Assembly: GCF_008189285.1 (NCBI RefSeq)
Contig: NZ_CP043315.1
Span: 360,001 to 392,000, forward strand
Reading direction: 5' to 3'
Source: Candidatus Saccharimonadota bacterium
Lineage (GTDB): Bacteria; Pseudomonadota; Alphaproteobacteria; CAJXXZ01; 1604HC
DNA: 32,000 nucleotides
Below are positions 1-8,248 of the stretch, piece after piece. Under the pieces are notes generated by a model that was given only the letters and a program-made list of their open reading frames with translations, ran no database searches and was not told where the DNA came from. Within the stretch, counting starts at the first letter, position 1. Every line of letters starts with the position of its first letter. The position numbers and the translations under genes were made by a program.

Positions 1-816
1 TATAAATGCTTGCTGCGATGTTACAATATTTTTTTGTGAAAAATTATTAGAAATCATTGTGCCAGATTCTTTTTGAAATGCAGATTCTACAAATATTTTT
101 ACATTATGCTTTTTCGCATATTTCACAGCTTTGTAGCAAACAACTTTTGCTCCATGTTTAGATGCAATTTCCATATTTTCATAACTAAGGCTATCTATTT
201 TCTTTCCTGAATTTGAATTTGGATCACAAGTAAAAACACCAGATACATTTTTGTATATATAGCAATCTGCATTTAGCTCAGCAGCAATAGCAACAGCAGT
301 CAAATCAGAAGAACTTTCCCCTAATGTGGTAATATTTTTGCTTGGAGAAATTCCTTGAAATCCGGCTACAACAGGTATTGTCTTTTGATTTATCAATTCT
401 TTTATGTATTTCATAGAAATTTGCTGAATTTCAGCATCTCCATAATTATCATCAGTAACAATAGGAAGCTGCCACCCACATAAGGGAATCGATTTATAGC
501 CACAATCTTGCAAACACAATGAAAAAACTCCAGCGCTTATTGTTTCTCCTGATGATAATATTAAATCTGATGCAATATTGGAATATTTTTTAATGGAATT
601 CAAATTTCCTGAATGCTTTTCAAGAGCGCATTCATTTTCTGATGAAATTTGAGATATTAAATCTCTTAATTGATTAGTTGTATCATTCATGGCAGACACA
701 ACAATTATAATGGAATGTTCATTAAATTTAGGGGATATTTTTTTAATGCAATGCTTAATTTTATCTATATCTGCTACAGTTGCTCCTCCAAATTTCATAA
801 CTAAACATCTCTTCAT
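1..816 (-). CDS. lysC: aspartate kinase, N-terminal 272 codons (3' end lies beyond the window start)
   Basis: Absent from the ORF track because it is open at the window edge. The reverse complement from the ATG at 816..814 reads MKRCLVMKFGGATVADIDKIKH...IIVVSAMNDTTNQL...PVVAGFQGISPSKNITTLGESSSDLTAVAIAAELNADCYIYKNVSGVFTCDP. These are the KFGG, VVSA, GRGGSD-like and DVDGV-like signatures of aspartokinase. The frame stays open to base 1. Confidence 0.85.
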   Translation of the reverse strand, partial: MKRCLVMKFGGATVADIDKIKHCIKKISPKFNEHSIIIVVSAMNDTTNQLRDLISQISSENECALEKHSGNLNSIKKYSNIASDLILSSGETISAGVFSLCLQDCGYKSIPLCGWQLPIVTDDNYGDAEIQQISMKYIKELINQKTIPVVAGFQGISPSKNITTLGESSSDLTAVAIAAELNADCYIYKNVSGVFTCDPNSNSGKKIDSLSYENMEIASKHGAKVVCYKAVKYAKKHNVKIFVESAFQKESGTMISNNFSQKNIVTSQQAFI

Positions 817-852
817 GATTAATGATATGCAAATGTTTCATAATAAATCAAA

Positions 853-1350
853 TCAATTTTCAAAATATTTCTTATCTTTGCTTGATCTTGATCCAAATTC
901 AAACACATATGCATCCTTGAGACATGATCCAAAAATTCCTGCAGCTGTAGAAATAATGCAAATCATCTCAGTAGATAGATCAGAGATCATGCCTAAAACT
1001 AATAGGCAGAATGATAATCCTGCAAATGCTAAAAATAACATAATATGTCTTTTTCTTTTCTCATGCTTGCTCAGTAAAGCATCTCTTTTTCTAGCATTTT
1101 TTCTATCTTTGTGATGTATATCTTCTTTTATAATGCTTTCTATAGTCTTTTTTAAAATAATATTAACATGCTGATCTCCACTTAGCTTCTGTATTAATGA
1201 AGATTTATTGCACCCTTTTAAATACTTAAAGATATCAGATGCACTAGAGAAAAACAATTTTGAATAACTCTGCTTTCCCATAAACATGTTTCCAATAAAC
1301 GATCCTATAAATTTAAAAAATTGAAGAATCTTAATTACAATATTAATCAT
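853..1350 (-). CDS. hypothetical membrane protein, last gene of the capsid-module operon (two C-terminal TM helices; holin-like topology is speculation)
   Basis: The ORF-track start at 1356 is a TTG; the first ATG is at 1350 (MINIVIKIL...). A basic stretch (KDRKNARKRDALLSKHEKRKRH) is followed by hydrophobic segments IMLFLAFAGLSFCLLVLGMI and MICIISTAAGIFGSCL. It is co-oriented with the upstream phage-like genes. I recognise no family. Confidence 0.5.
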   Translation of the reverse strand: MINIVIKILQFFKFIGSFIGNMFMGKQSYSKLFFSSASDIFKYLKGCNKSSLIQKLSGDQHVNIILKKTIESIIKEDIHHKDRKNARKRDALLSKHEKRKRHIMLFLAFAGLSFCLLVLGMISDLSTEMICIISTAAGIFGSCLKDAYVFEFGSRSSKDKKYFEN

Positions 1351-1412
1351 TTGCAAGTGGAATAATTGTTATCTCTGGCTTTGGTAATTCAATAATCTCT
1401 TGTATGTAAAAA

Positions 1413-2936
1413 TTATCTAAGATATTCATTATGTCTCCTTTCTTCATTTTGACAGCTCTTATATAAATTCATTCTCAATTCATTAAAATGATGGTCATAA
1501 TTTGCATTATCTATAATTTTCAAACCAACTATTTGTCCAAAATCTCTTTCAAAATCTATTTTTGTTTTATTGATACATTGAGGCAAATTATAATCCTCTC
1601 CATAAATTCTTTCAATCAAAAACTGACCATGCTGTTTAATTGAATTCATATCAACATAATTATCGCAAAAATAATTTTCTGCTACATAATTTATTTTTTC
1701 ATTTTTATCAGGCTGTTTGTATTCATTAAAATGCAATTTAAATCTTACTTCATTTTTATTATTTTGAAATATTTTCTCATAAGAGAATACATAAGCATAT
1801 TTTTCTTGCATATGAATATCTTTAAATTTAATTTTATCCATTGTTTCTATAAAAGACCAATATTCTGCTGGCCCAGAAATTGAAATTGAATATTTATATG
1901 CATTTTTGCTAACATAACAGTTAATCAATTTCAATAATTGTTGAAAAATGTCTTGACCAGCATCTGAATCAAATAAATTGCATCCATACTGAGATGATCC
2001 AACAAAGCTCTTTTCATTTATCACAACCCAATTTTTTCTATCCATAAAATCACCTGATTTATGAGCTGAAATGCATTGGTAAATCTTATTATTTAATAAA
2101 ACTTTATCTCTGCTTAAGTAGTGCTCTTCTTCTTTCCATGCTTTATATTGAGCAATATATTTGTCTCCGTTTAAATTAATATTGAAATCTTTAATATTAT
2201 CAATATTAAAATTCATTTTCCATGCTTCAGATTTACTTCTCTTCTGCTCCTTTTTTAATGTTATAAAAACTCTGCCATCACGCATGTAAGAATTCGATAC
2301 AATATACTTTCCAAATCTTTGAGCTTTTTTCGGCATATTTTTTTTAATTTTACTTACTGCTTCTCTAGAAATATATGAAGTTATACTATTCATCACGTCT
2401 ATCATTTTCATCTCATGCTCATTCCAACGAATATTAACATTGCATTCGAATGAATTATTATTGCTAGGAATATTGTATTCTTTGCTATATATTTTATCAT
2501 CATCTAAAGCTAAATGATAAATATTTGGATCATGCTTATTTAAATTAAAAACTCTTTTCTGAGAATCAAATAACAAAACATCATTTACATGCTTCCCGCT
2601 TGGATTAAAAATTTCATTAATAGGATCTAACTCAAATGCTTTTTCAATATCTTCTTGTTTGGGATCAGAAATCATACTAATAATAACTGATATTTTATCA
2701 ATTCTCTTTGAAACTATGCTCCCTAAAAAAACAACTTTATTATTATATGCAATTGCACAATGTTTAATTTTTTCAATAATTTCAATATCATGCAAGCTTA
2801 CATGAATTTCTGCTTTTGCTTTACTATTAACATTTTGACTTATTTTGATTAAATCTACTTTATTGCTATATTTATCTTCATCTTTTAAATCACTTGCATT
2901 AATTTCATTTTCAGATGCAAAAAATAAAATGCTCAT
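1413..2936 (-). CDS. hypothetical 507-aa protein of the capsid-module operon (unknown function)
   Basis: The ORF-track start at 2960 is a TTG. The ATG at 2936..2934 forms an ATGA overlap with the stop of the upstream 152-aa ORF, suggesting translational coupling. There is no Walker A, so it is not a large terminase. Residues about 274-314 (nt 2019..2141), AWKEEEHYLSRDKVLLNNKIYQCISAHKSGDFMDRKNWVVI, weakly resemble a CBM5/12-type W..Y..D.V....Y......W motif. Confidence 0.6.
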   Translation of the reverse strand: MSILFFASENEINASDLKDEDKYSNKVDLIKISQNVNSKAKAEIHVSLHDIEIIEKIKHCAIAYNNKVVFLGSIVSKRIDKISVIISMISDPKQEDIEKAFELDPINEIFNPSGKHVNDVLLFDSQKRVFNLNKHDPNIYHLALDDDKIYSKEYNIPSNNNSFECNVNIRWNEHEMKMIDVMNSITSYISREAVSKIKKNMPKKAQRFGKYIVSNSYMRDGRVFITLKKEQKRSKSEAWKMNFNIDNIKDFNINLNGDKYIAQYKAWKEEEHYLSRDKVLLNNKIYQCISAHKSGDFMDRKNWVVINEKSFVGSSQYGCNLFDSDAGQDIFQQLLKLINCYVSKNAYKYSISISGPAEYWSFIETMDKIKFKDIHMQEKYAYVFSYEKIFQNNKNEVRFKLHFNEYKQPDKNEKINYVAENYFCDNYVDMNSIKQHGQFLIERIYGEDYNLPQCINKTKIDFERDFGQIVGLKIIDNANYDHHFNELRMNLYKSCQNEERRHNEYLR

Positions 2937-3391
2937 ATTTCTTCTAATTCCAATTTCCAAGTAGATTTTCCATATTTAAATTCAGATGTTAATTTGATGA
3001 CCTTCACTTTCAACATAATTCTATAATTTAATTTTAACCCATCATAACTTTCAGCTTCATCAATAGATTTTAAATATACTCTTTTATTATCTGCTGTTAT
3101 TAAAAATAAAGAGCCAGGAACAATATTTCTATCAATTTTAATCTCTTCAGATGGCTTAATATTTTGATTCATGCCTAATGCACATTCTAAAATCATAATT
3201 TCATTCATTCTGATCTCAGGTGCTGATCCAAATCCACATATCGATGATGTGTATTTATTATTGTTTGATACTATAATAGGATCTCCATTTATACTACGCT
3301 TCATAAAACTATTTGCTTCTAGAGTTTGCGTGCATTGATTTGAATCTATCACATTATAATTTCCAACCTCATATTTTAAAATTAAATTCAT
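2933..3391 (-). CDS. hypothetical 152-aa protein of the capsid-module operon
   Basis: A strong SD (GAGGTGG) lies directly upstream of the ATG at 3391. It sits 6 nt after the upstream ORF and has an ATGA overlap with the downstream ORF. No family recognised. Confidence 0.6.
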   Translation of the reverse strand: MNLILKYEVGNYNVIDSNQCTQTLEANSFMKRSINGDPIIVSNNNKYTSSICGFGSAPEIRMNEIMILECALGMNQNIKPSEEIKIDRNIVPGSLFLITADNKRVYLKSIDEAESYDGLKLNYRIMLKVKVIKLTSEFKYGKSTWKLELEEI

Positions 3392-3397
3392 ACCACC

Positions 3398-3721
3398 TCA
3401 TTCATCTTCAACATCTCTTTGAATTGCAATCAAAAATCTTATGATTCCTTTGTTTACATCGCAAACACAATCAACGCATTTTTCATCGCTGCATATTTTA
3501 TTTTTTAATTTGACAAACTTCTCATAATATTCTGTATTAATTTCGAATTTCTTTAAACGCATACAGTATCTTATCCAAAGTTTTTCACAATCTTGTTCAT
3601 GCTGTTCTATTTCTATATTTAAAACATCATGCGCACTATTATCCTGAAATCCAATGTATGAATTTGGAAATACGCTTGATGCAATTTTTAATATTTTCTT
3701 ATTACATTCATTTAATTTCAT
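3398..3721 (-). CDS. hypothetical 107-aa cysteine-rich protein of the capsid-module operon
   Basis: An SD-like AAAGG lies upstream. It carries a C-terminal cysteine cluster, CSDEKCVDCVCD, plus further Cys residues. It sits where RcGTA-type clusters carry g8, but I see no recognisable similarity. Confidence 0.55.
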   Translation of the reverse strand: MKLNECNKKILKIASSVFPNSYIGFQDNSAHDVLNIEIEQHEQDCEKLWIRYCMRLKKFEINTEYYEKFVKLKNKICSDEKCVDCVCDVNKGIIRFLIAIQRDVEDE

Positions 3722-3741
3722 TTCTATACCTTTTGTTTGTT

Positions 3742-4248
3742 TTAATTTTGATAATTTGCACTATCAGTTTGCACTAATGTACTTTCATCATTATCACCCT
3801 CTTCAATATCAGTTGAGTGATAGCTAGCATTAGTATCCAGATCATTTTTTTCTTGAACTTTACTATCAATTTCTTGAATATGCACATTATCTGTTGCAAA
3901 AATACTTTGACTTCTAATTTCTTTAGCAAACAAATAGCCGTACCTATTATTAATTGGCTGAAGAAATGAATTAACTTTTACATATTTATCATTCCAAGCA
4001 GCCATAGAAAAATGCTTTGTATCAAGATTGCATACTATTCCAAAAAAATTCTGAATCACTCCAGTTTGTTTTTGATGCAAATTTAACGGAGCCATATGAC
4101 ACCAAATTTGTTCCATTTTTGTAACTTTTTGCACATATTTCCCATCTACAAAAACTTCATCTATGAAAATAGGCTCTATAAAATCTCTAAATCTTGGCAT
4201 TTCTCCTTGAAGAATAGAGTTCCATTTGTTTGGATAATTTGTGCTCAT
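3742..4248 (-). CDS. putative head-tail adaptor / head-closure-like protein (g7 position) with an acidic C-terminal tail
   Basis: It has an ATGA overlap with the upstream connector gene. It occupies the position directly after the gp6-like connector. The segment KMEQIWCHMAPLNLHQKQTG resembles the vWA.v.P.sg.E core of SPP1-gp16-type adaptors. The call is by position plus a weak motif only. Confidence 0.45.
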   Translation of the reverse strand: MSTNYPNKWNSILQGEMPRFRDFIEPIFIDEVFVDGKYVQKVTKMEQIWCHMAPLNLHQKQTGVIQNFFGIVCNLDTKHFSMAAWNDKYVKVNSFLQPINNRYGYLFAKEIRSQSIFATDNVHIQEIDSKVQEKNDLDTNASYHSTDIEEGDNDESTLVQTDSANYQN

Positions 4249-4787
4249 AATTTATTTCTCATGATTTTGAATGAATCCAACAAAACGTTATGATTTCTTA
4301 AATTATCACTCTTTTGAGCAGATCCATTGTATAAAACCTCAAATCTATTTAATAAATATTGCAAAATAGATGATGGCAAATCTTCTTCTTTTTCAAAACC
4401 AGCTGAATACTTAACTCTAACTTTTTTGTTCATATATTTATTCTTATTAAGCTCTAGAATCATGTAATCATTATGCTTTTGAACACAATAATCTTTGATA
4501 TTTTCAAATTTTCCATTTTTCATAACTTCAACGCTATTGATCTTTGCAATTGGCGGCTTTGGCAAATGCATTTGCACTTGATTATGCGTGTAAACCCATT
4601 TTTTTAATACAATAGATCTATCAGTGTAGGTTTCAGCCTGACTAATTGCAATTTTCAAAAGTTTCTTGATATATTCATCGCTCTCTTGAAGAGAAATTTT
4701 AAAATGATTCCTGATGAAATTTAAATCCACAGGCAAATCATTTGACTCTTCTTCTAAATGCAGATAATCATTACTAGCAACACTCAT
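4245..4787 (-). CDS. phage gp6-like head-tail connector protein (GTA g6-like)
   Basis: The N-terminus, LNFIRNHFKISLQESDEYIKKLLKIAISQAETYTDRSIVLKKWVY, matches the connector pattern (L..vK.hLrid..dDd.li..li.aA....e.ytgr.l....w). An AAGGA SD is present, and the gene starts right after the MCP stop. Confidence 0.7.
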   Translation of the reverse strand: MSVASNDYLHLEEESNDLPVDLNFIRNHFKISLQESDEYIKKLLKIAISQAETYTDRSIVLKKWVYTHNQVQMHLPKPPIAKINSVEVMKNGKFENIKDYCVQKHNDYMILELNKNKYMNKKVRVKYSAGFEKEEDLPSSILQYLLNRFEVLYNGSAQKSDNLRNHNVLLDSFKIMRNKL

Positions 4788-4797
4788 TATTTATCCT

Positions 4798-5997
4798 TTA
4801 CTTGCTATCTGCTTGAGTTTTTCTAAAGCCAACAAAAGCATCTTCTCTTATAACTTTAGCTCCAATATCATTTCTCACATAATTTTGCACCAAAGATTTT
4901 TTGCTGTATTTATCATGCAACACAAGCAGGTTGTCATTTTCTACAATCGCATAACCTTTTTTCAAATTACAAAAAATCAATTCACAATTCTTTCCTTCTA
5001 ATTCAGGAACAAAGTAAATTGGGTAATTTAAGAAATATTTATTATGACAATCTGAGTGAATCAAAAACCTTCCAGCCTTGTCTGTTAATTGCAAAAATTC
5101 ATTGTACATTCTTCTTGTCATCATCCATGCAGTATTTTCACCATGAAATTCTTCTGGAAGCTTACTCACCATATTAATGGCAGTTTCATAATTGAAATCT
5201 CCATCAATAATATATTTATCATCAGAAGGAACAATGCTATCTATTTTTCCTTCTACTCCATCTACAAACAAGCTTCTCTCTGTTTTAGACATATCATGTG
5301 CAATTTTAGCAAGAACAAATGATTCAAAATTAATTGGCTTGCTATGCATCATATCTTGAGGAATGTTTGCACAAGCTTCAATTGGACATAATTCAATATC
5401 ATTGTTTTTAAAAGTCACATCAGTTGAATTTGCATTATCATAAGCATTGTCACAGTCTCCTGCAGTGACTTGAATATCATTTACAAAGGAAAGCTTAAAA
5501 GATCTACCTCTTTGAATTGAATATTTTGAAGCCAATTTCCTAACTGGAGAAACATAACTTGACATTTGAGTTAAATATTGATTAAGATGCGGGAAAGTAA
5601 AATATCCACCTACTTCTTGCATGTCATTTTTTCTCTCTAATGAATTTCCAGTGCAAACATAGTCTCCAAATTCTTTTTCAAAATTATTATTACACTTAGA
5701 CCATGAAGAAATGCTTTTCTTTTCGATAGGTTTATTTTTATCATTTTTATCTGATAATTCAAACATTTTTCTATCTAAATCCATGCATTTCTTCTCCAAT
5801 TCACTTTGTTTGTTTTCCATATTTTTTTGCCCTTCTTTAATTTTTTCTTGATCTTGTTTAATGCTGACTTGTTCTTCTGTATTTTTTTTACTTTGCTCTT
5901 CTAGTTCATGCTTGCATTCATAAAATGCCTTTCCAAAAACTTTCAACGAATCTTGATGACTCGCATCTTTTCTCTCTATATTGTTAATTTGATTCAT
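4798..5997 (-). CDS. HK97-family major capsid protein with an N-terminal coiled-coil (delta/scaffold-like) region
   Basis: 399 aa. About 110 charged coiled-coil residues (EEQSKKNTEEQVSIKQDQEKIKEGQKNMENKQSELEKKCMDLDRKMFEL) are followed by GGYFTFPHLNQYLTQMSSYVSPVRKLASKYSI, typical of HK97-type MCPs. It directly follows a prohead protease gene. Confidence 0.85.
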   Translation of the reverse strand: MNQINNIERKDASHQDSLKVFGKAFYECKHELEEQSKKNTEEQVSIKQDQEKIKEGQKNMENKQSELEKKCMDLDRKMFELSDKNDKNKPIEKKSISSWSKCNNNFEKEFGDYVCTGNSLERKNDMQEVGGYFTFPHLNQYLTQMSSYVSPVRKLASKYSIQRGRSFKLSFVNDIQVTAGDCDNAYDNANSTDVTFKNNDIELCPIEACANIPQDMMHSKPINFESFVLAKIAHDMSKTERSLFVDGVEGKIDSIVPSDDKYIIDGDFNYETAINMVSKLPEEFHGENTAWMMTRRMYNEFLQLTDKAGRFLIHSDCHNKYFLNYPIYFVPELEGKNCELIFCNLKKGYAIVENDNLLVLHDKYSKKSLVQNYVRNDIGAKVIREDAFVGFRKTQADSK

Positions 5998-6049
5998 AAT
6001 TTACCTTTCTTAATTTTAATAACAAAAAATAATCTTGAGTAATAAATAA

Positions 6050-6481
6050 TCAACTTTCAACTTTATTAATCAAAGCTGAACGATTAGCAGGAAATCGAAC
6101 AATGGAAATTTCTCTTAAATCAATTTTAGTCAATCTTCTGACATTTCCATCTGTTTCATACATTATAGGCTTAAAACCAATAGAAAGACCACATATTTTT
6201 TTCTCTCTTATCATATTGTAAATTTCTTCACCCATATATAAATTTTTAAATATCTTGCCTGTAACGTGCAATCCAACATTATTTTCTTCAATTTCAATCC
6301 ACTTACCCAATGGAATTCCGAAATCATGTTGAAAAAGCATATCTATATCAGAAAAATCTCTAATAGCTGCTTTAAATGCATTAGGCAAAATAATATCACC
6401 TTTTAGATCTATTTCATTAAATGTGCTTGCATAGCCATAAAATAAACCATCTTCATTAATATTTTTAATTTCTAACTTCAT
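6050..6481 (-). CDS. HK97-family prohead maturation protease
   Basis: Motifs FYGYASTFNEIDLKGDIILPNAFKAAI...MLFQHD...GLSIGF...LREISIVRFPANRSA match the S78/U35 prohead protease pattern. Confidence 0.85.
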   Translation of the reverse strand: MKLEIKNINEDGLFYGYASTFNEIDLKGDIILPNAFKAAIRDFSDIDMLFQHDFGIPLGKWIEIEENNVGLHVTGKIFKNLYMGEEIYNMIREKKICGLSIGFKPIMYETDGNVRRLTKIDLREISIVRFPANRSALINKVES

Positions 6482-6505
6482 TTTCTCTTTCTAATTCTTT
6501 ATTTT

Positions 6506-6982
6506 TTATTCTTCTTCATTGCGTTCTGATAATGAATAATCCACAAATGGAATGAATAACATATCACTATTATGCATATAATATGCAGATTGAGTTTTCA
6601 AACAAATAGCAACAGTTTCTCTATTAATTGTTTTTTCTGCGCTTTCTGAATCAGGCACAAATTTCAATTTACATCCAAATAAACTTCCTTTTACAGAAAG
6701 AACAGGTGCTTTGTAAATAATATTTCCTTTATACGTAAAGGCTATATAATCAATATTATTATCATGATATTCACTGATTTGCCATTCACTTTCATTTGAA
6801 TAATCTTTAGCATTTAATGAAAAATCTTTGCTTTTATTAGATTCAACATTCTTATTTGCAACAACCATTTGATCAGATAATTTATTAATAGACTCTTCTA
6901 TTAAAAGAAAATTTCCATCCATTTGTTTAGCTGTTAATGGCCCACTATTTCTTTCGAAAGTTGTTAGTTCTAATTTATTCAT
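6506..6982 (-). CDS. hypothetical 158-aa protein between portal and protease (g3.5 position, but much larger)
   Basis: The ORF track starts at 7003. I prefer the ATG at 6982, which is preceded by an AAGGAAA SD and lies 1 nt after the portal TAA stop (6986..6984). It reads MNKLELTTFERNSGPLTAKQMDGNFLLIEESINKL... No family recognised. Confidence 0.55.
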   Translation of the reverse strand: MNKLELTTFERNSGPLTAKQMDGNFLLIEESINKLSDQMVVANKNVESNKSKDFSLNAKDYSNESEWQISEYHDNNIDYIAFTYKGNIIYKAPVLSVKGSLFGCKLKFVPDSESAEKTINRETVAICLKTQSAYYMHNSDMLFIPFVDYSLSERNEEE

Positions 6983-6983
6983 T

Positions 6984-8111
6984 TTATTTTCCTTTGTATC
7001 CACATAATTCGCGTTTTTCCTCTATAGATAGGAAAGATAGCCCATCAACATGTTTTTCGTATTCTTCTTTTTGCGCAGAAAGAACAGGAACGCTTGAAAA
7101 ATCATATTCTAGTTGCAAATCCGGATAGTTTTGCAATAACCAATCCTTCAATTGACTCAAAATCATACTAGCAAATGGAAAAAGAGTTTCTTTCCAGAAA
7201 TTAGATCTTGCTTCTCTGTAATATGTAAAAGATGAGGCTTCGTGCATTCCAAGCATTACTGGAGGGACTCCAAATGCCAATGCTATCTCTCTTGCTGAAT
7301 CCATCTTTGCTTTGCTAAAATCCATATCTTTTGGAGAAATGCTCATTTCTTTCCATTGAGCACCTCCTTCTAGAATCATTATTCTTCCAGCAGAATCTGA
7401 TCCAGAATATCTTGAGTCCAATCTTTCTCTTAGATCGCTAATTTGGTCATCAGTCAAATGATTGTCAAAAACTAATGCCCCAGAAACCCTTCCTCCATTG
7501 TTTAATATGGATTGATTGTGATTAGTAATAGAGTTATAAAGCATAGCTGATTTCTCAATAGATGAAATTGGACTCATTCCCTTCCATGGAGAAGAAGGAT
7601 TGAATAGTTTAATATGCAAGAATTTTTTGTCATTTGCATCAATTTTACACTCATCAGAGCATGCATATTGTTCTGCATCTCCAGAATCATTTCGATCTAT
7701 TCTAACATTTTTTGCATTCATACGAATAATCTCATCTTCATCATATTTGTATAAATAAGCATTTCCATGCAACAACAAATCAATCACTGTGGCATTAATC
7801 ATCATAAACCAATCGCATTTATCATTTGGTCTTGTGATTAATTTAGCTATTTCATGATCTTTCAGTATATTTCCATCTTTATCTTTTAATTCATATTTTA
7901 TATTTGCTATATTTTGCGCTATCAAATTAACGCATCTGTACACTATCACATTATCTTCATACAAGTTTCCACAGTATGATTCACGGCTTGTATAATTTGC
8001 AATAGTGTCATATATTACATTCTTTGGCTTGCTGAAATTCTTTTTCTCAAATTGAGAAGGCTCATTCATACGCTTGCCATTAGATTGCAAAAATTTCTTC
8101 AAAAAATTCAT
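6984..8111 (-). CDS. HK97-family phage portal protein
   Basis: 375 aa with VYRCVNLIAQNIANIKYEL, LLLHGNAYLY and GGAQWKEMSISPKDMDFSKAKMDSAREIALAFGVPPVMLG, all typical portal motifs. It is the first gene of the operon. Confidence 0.9.
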   Translation of the reverse strand: MNFLKKFLQSNGKRMNEPSQFEKKNFSKPKNVIYDTIANYTSRESYCGNLYEDNVIVYRCVNLIAQNIANIKYELKDKDGNILKDHEIAKLITRPNDKCDWFMMINATVIDLLLHGNAYLYKYDEDEIIRMNAKNVRIDRNDSGDAEQYACSDECKIDANDKKFLHIKLFNPSSPWKGMSPISSIEKSAMLYNSITNHNQSILNNGGRVSGALVFDNHLTDDQISDLRERLDSRYSGSDSAGRIMILEGGAQWKEMSISPKDMDFSKAKMDSAREIALAFGVPPVMLGMHEASSFTYYREARSNFWKETLFPFASMILSQLKDWLLQNYPDLQLEYDFSSVPVLSAQKEEYEKHVDGLSFLSIEEKRELCGYKGK

Positions 8112-8248
8112 ATTTCATATTCCATTTTGATCGTTTCCTTTGAGTTGGTTGGGAGTAGGAGTAAGATGCATCCTACATTTTCTGTTGTACTAAATTTTAG
8201 GGTGCATTTTCAAGCTTTTTATTTCAGACCTTCGAAAACATCCCTGTT

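Larger units (their letters stand above)
853..8111 (-). other. phage/GTA-derived head-only capsid module operon (10 co-oriented, overlapping or closely spaced genes)
   Basis: The gene order portal, unknown, protease, MCP, g6-like, g7-like parallels alphaproteobacterial RcGTA-type head clusters. No terminase precedes the portal gene. I recognise no tail, tape-measure, integrase or lysis genes. The flanks are housekeeping genes (lysC and a cpoB-like gene). Confidence 0.7.

Noticed and set aside
689-1114. Plus-strand 141-aa ORF, and similar ORF-track entries lying antisense to or overlapping better genes. The others are 4096..4293, 4813..5001, 5089..5322, 6937..7128, 8052..8315, 9239..9421, 9995..10342, 12289..12504, 13542..13850, 14030..14245, 14936..15208, 15233..15472, 22552..22737, 22912..23253, 24743..25006, 28651..28887, 28724..28924, 29491..29673 and 31711..31902.
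   Set aside because: Each lies inside, and antisense to or out of frame with, a gene that has clear family motifs. Their translations are low-complexity Phe/Ile/Leu/Ser-rich strings typical of chance ORFs in AT-rich DNA, and none has an SD or a recognisable motif.
1413-2960. The 515-aa ORF considered as the missing large terminase, since the size fits.
   Set aside because: It has no Walker A/B ATPase motifs or RNaseH-like nuclease motifs, and it sits at the distal end of the operon rather than upstream of the portal gene.
853-8111. An intact, inducible prophage.
   Set aside because: I recognise no integrase, repressor, replication, terminase, tail or endolysin genes. The cluster is about 7 kb, is bounded by housekeeping genes, and has no obvious att-like direct repeats.
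8155-8176. The hairpin GTAGGA-N10-TCCTAC, considered as a terminator of the CpoB-like gene or a regulatory element of the portal operon.
   Set aside because: It has only a 6-bp stem with a 10-nt loop and no following U-run on the minus strand. That is too weak to call.
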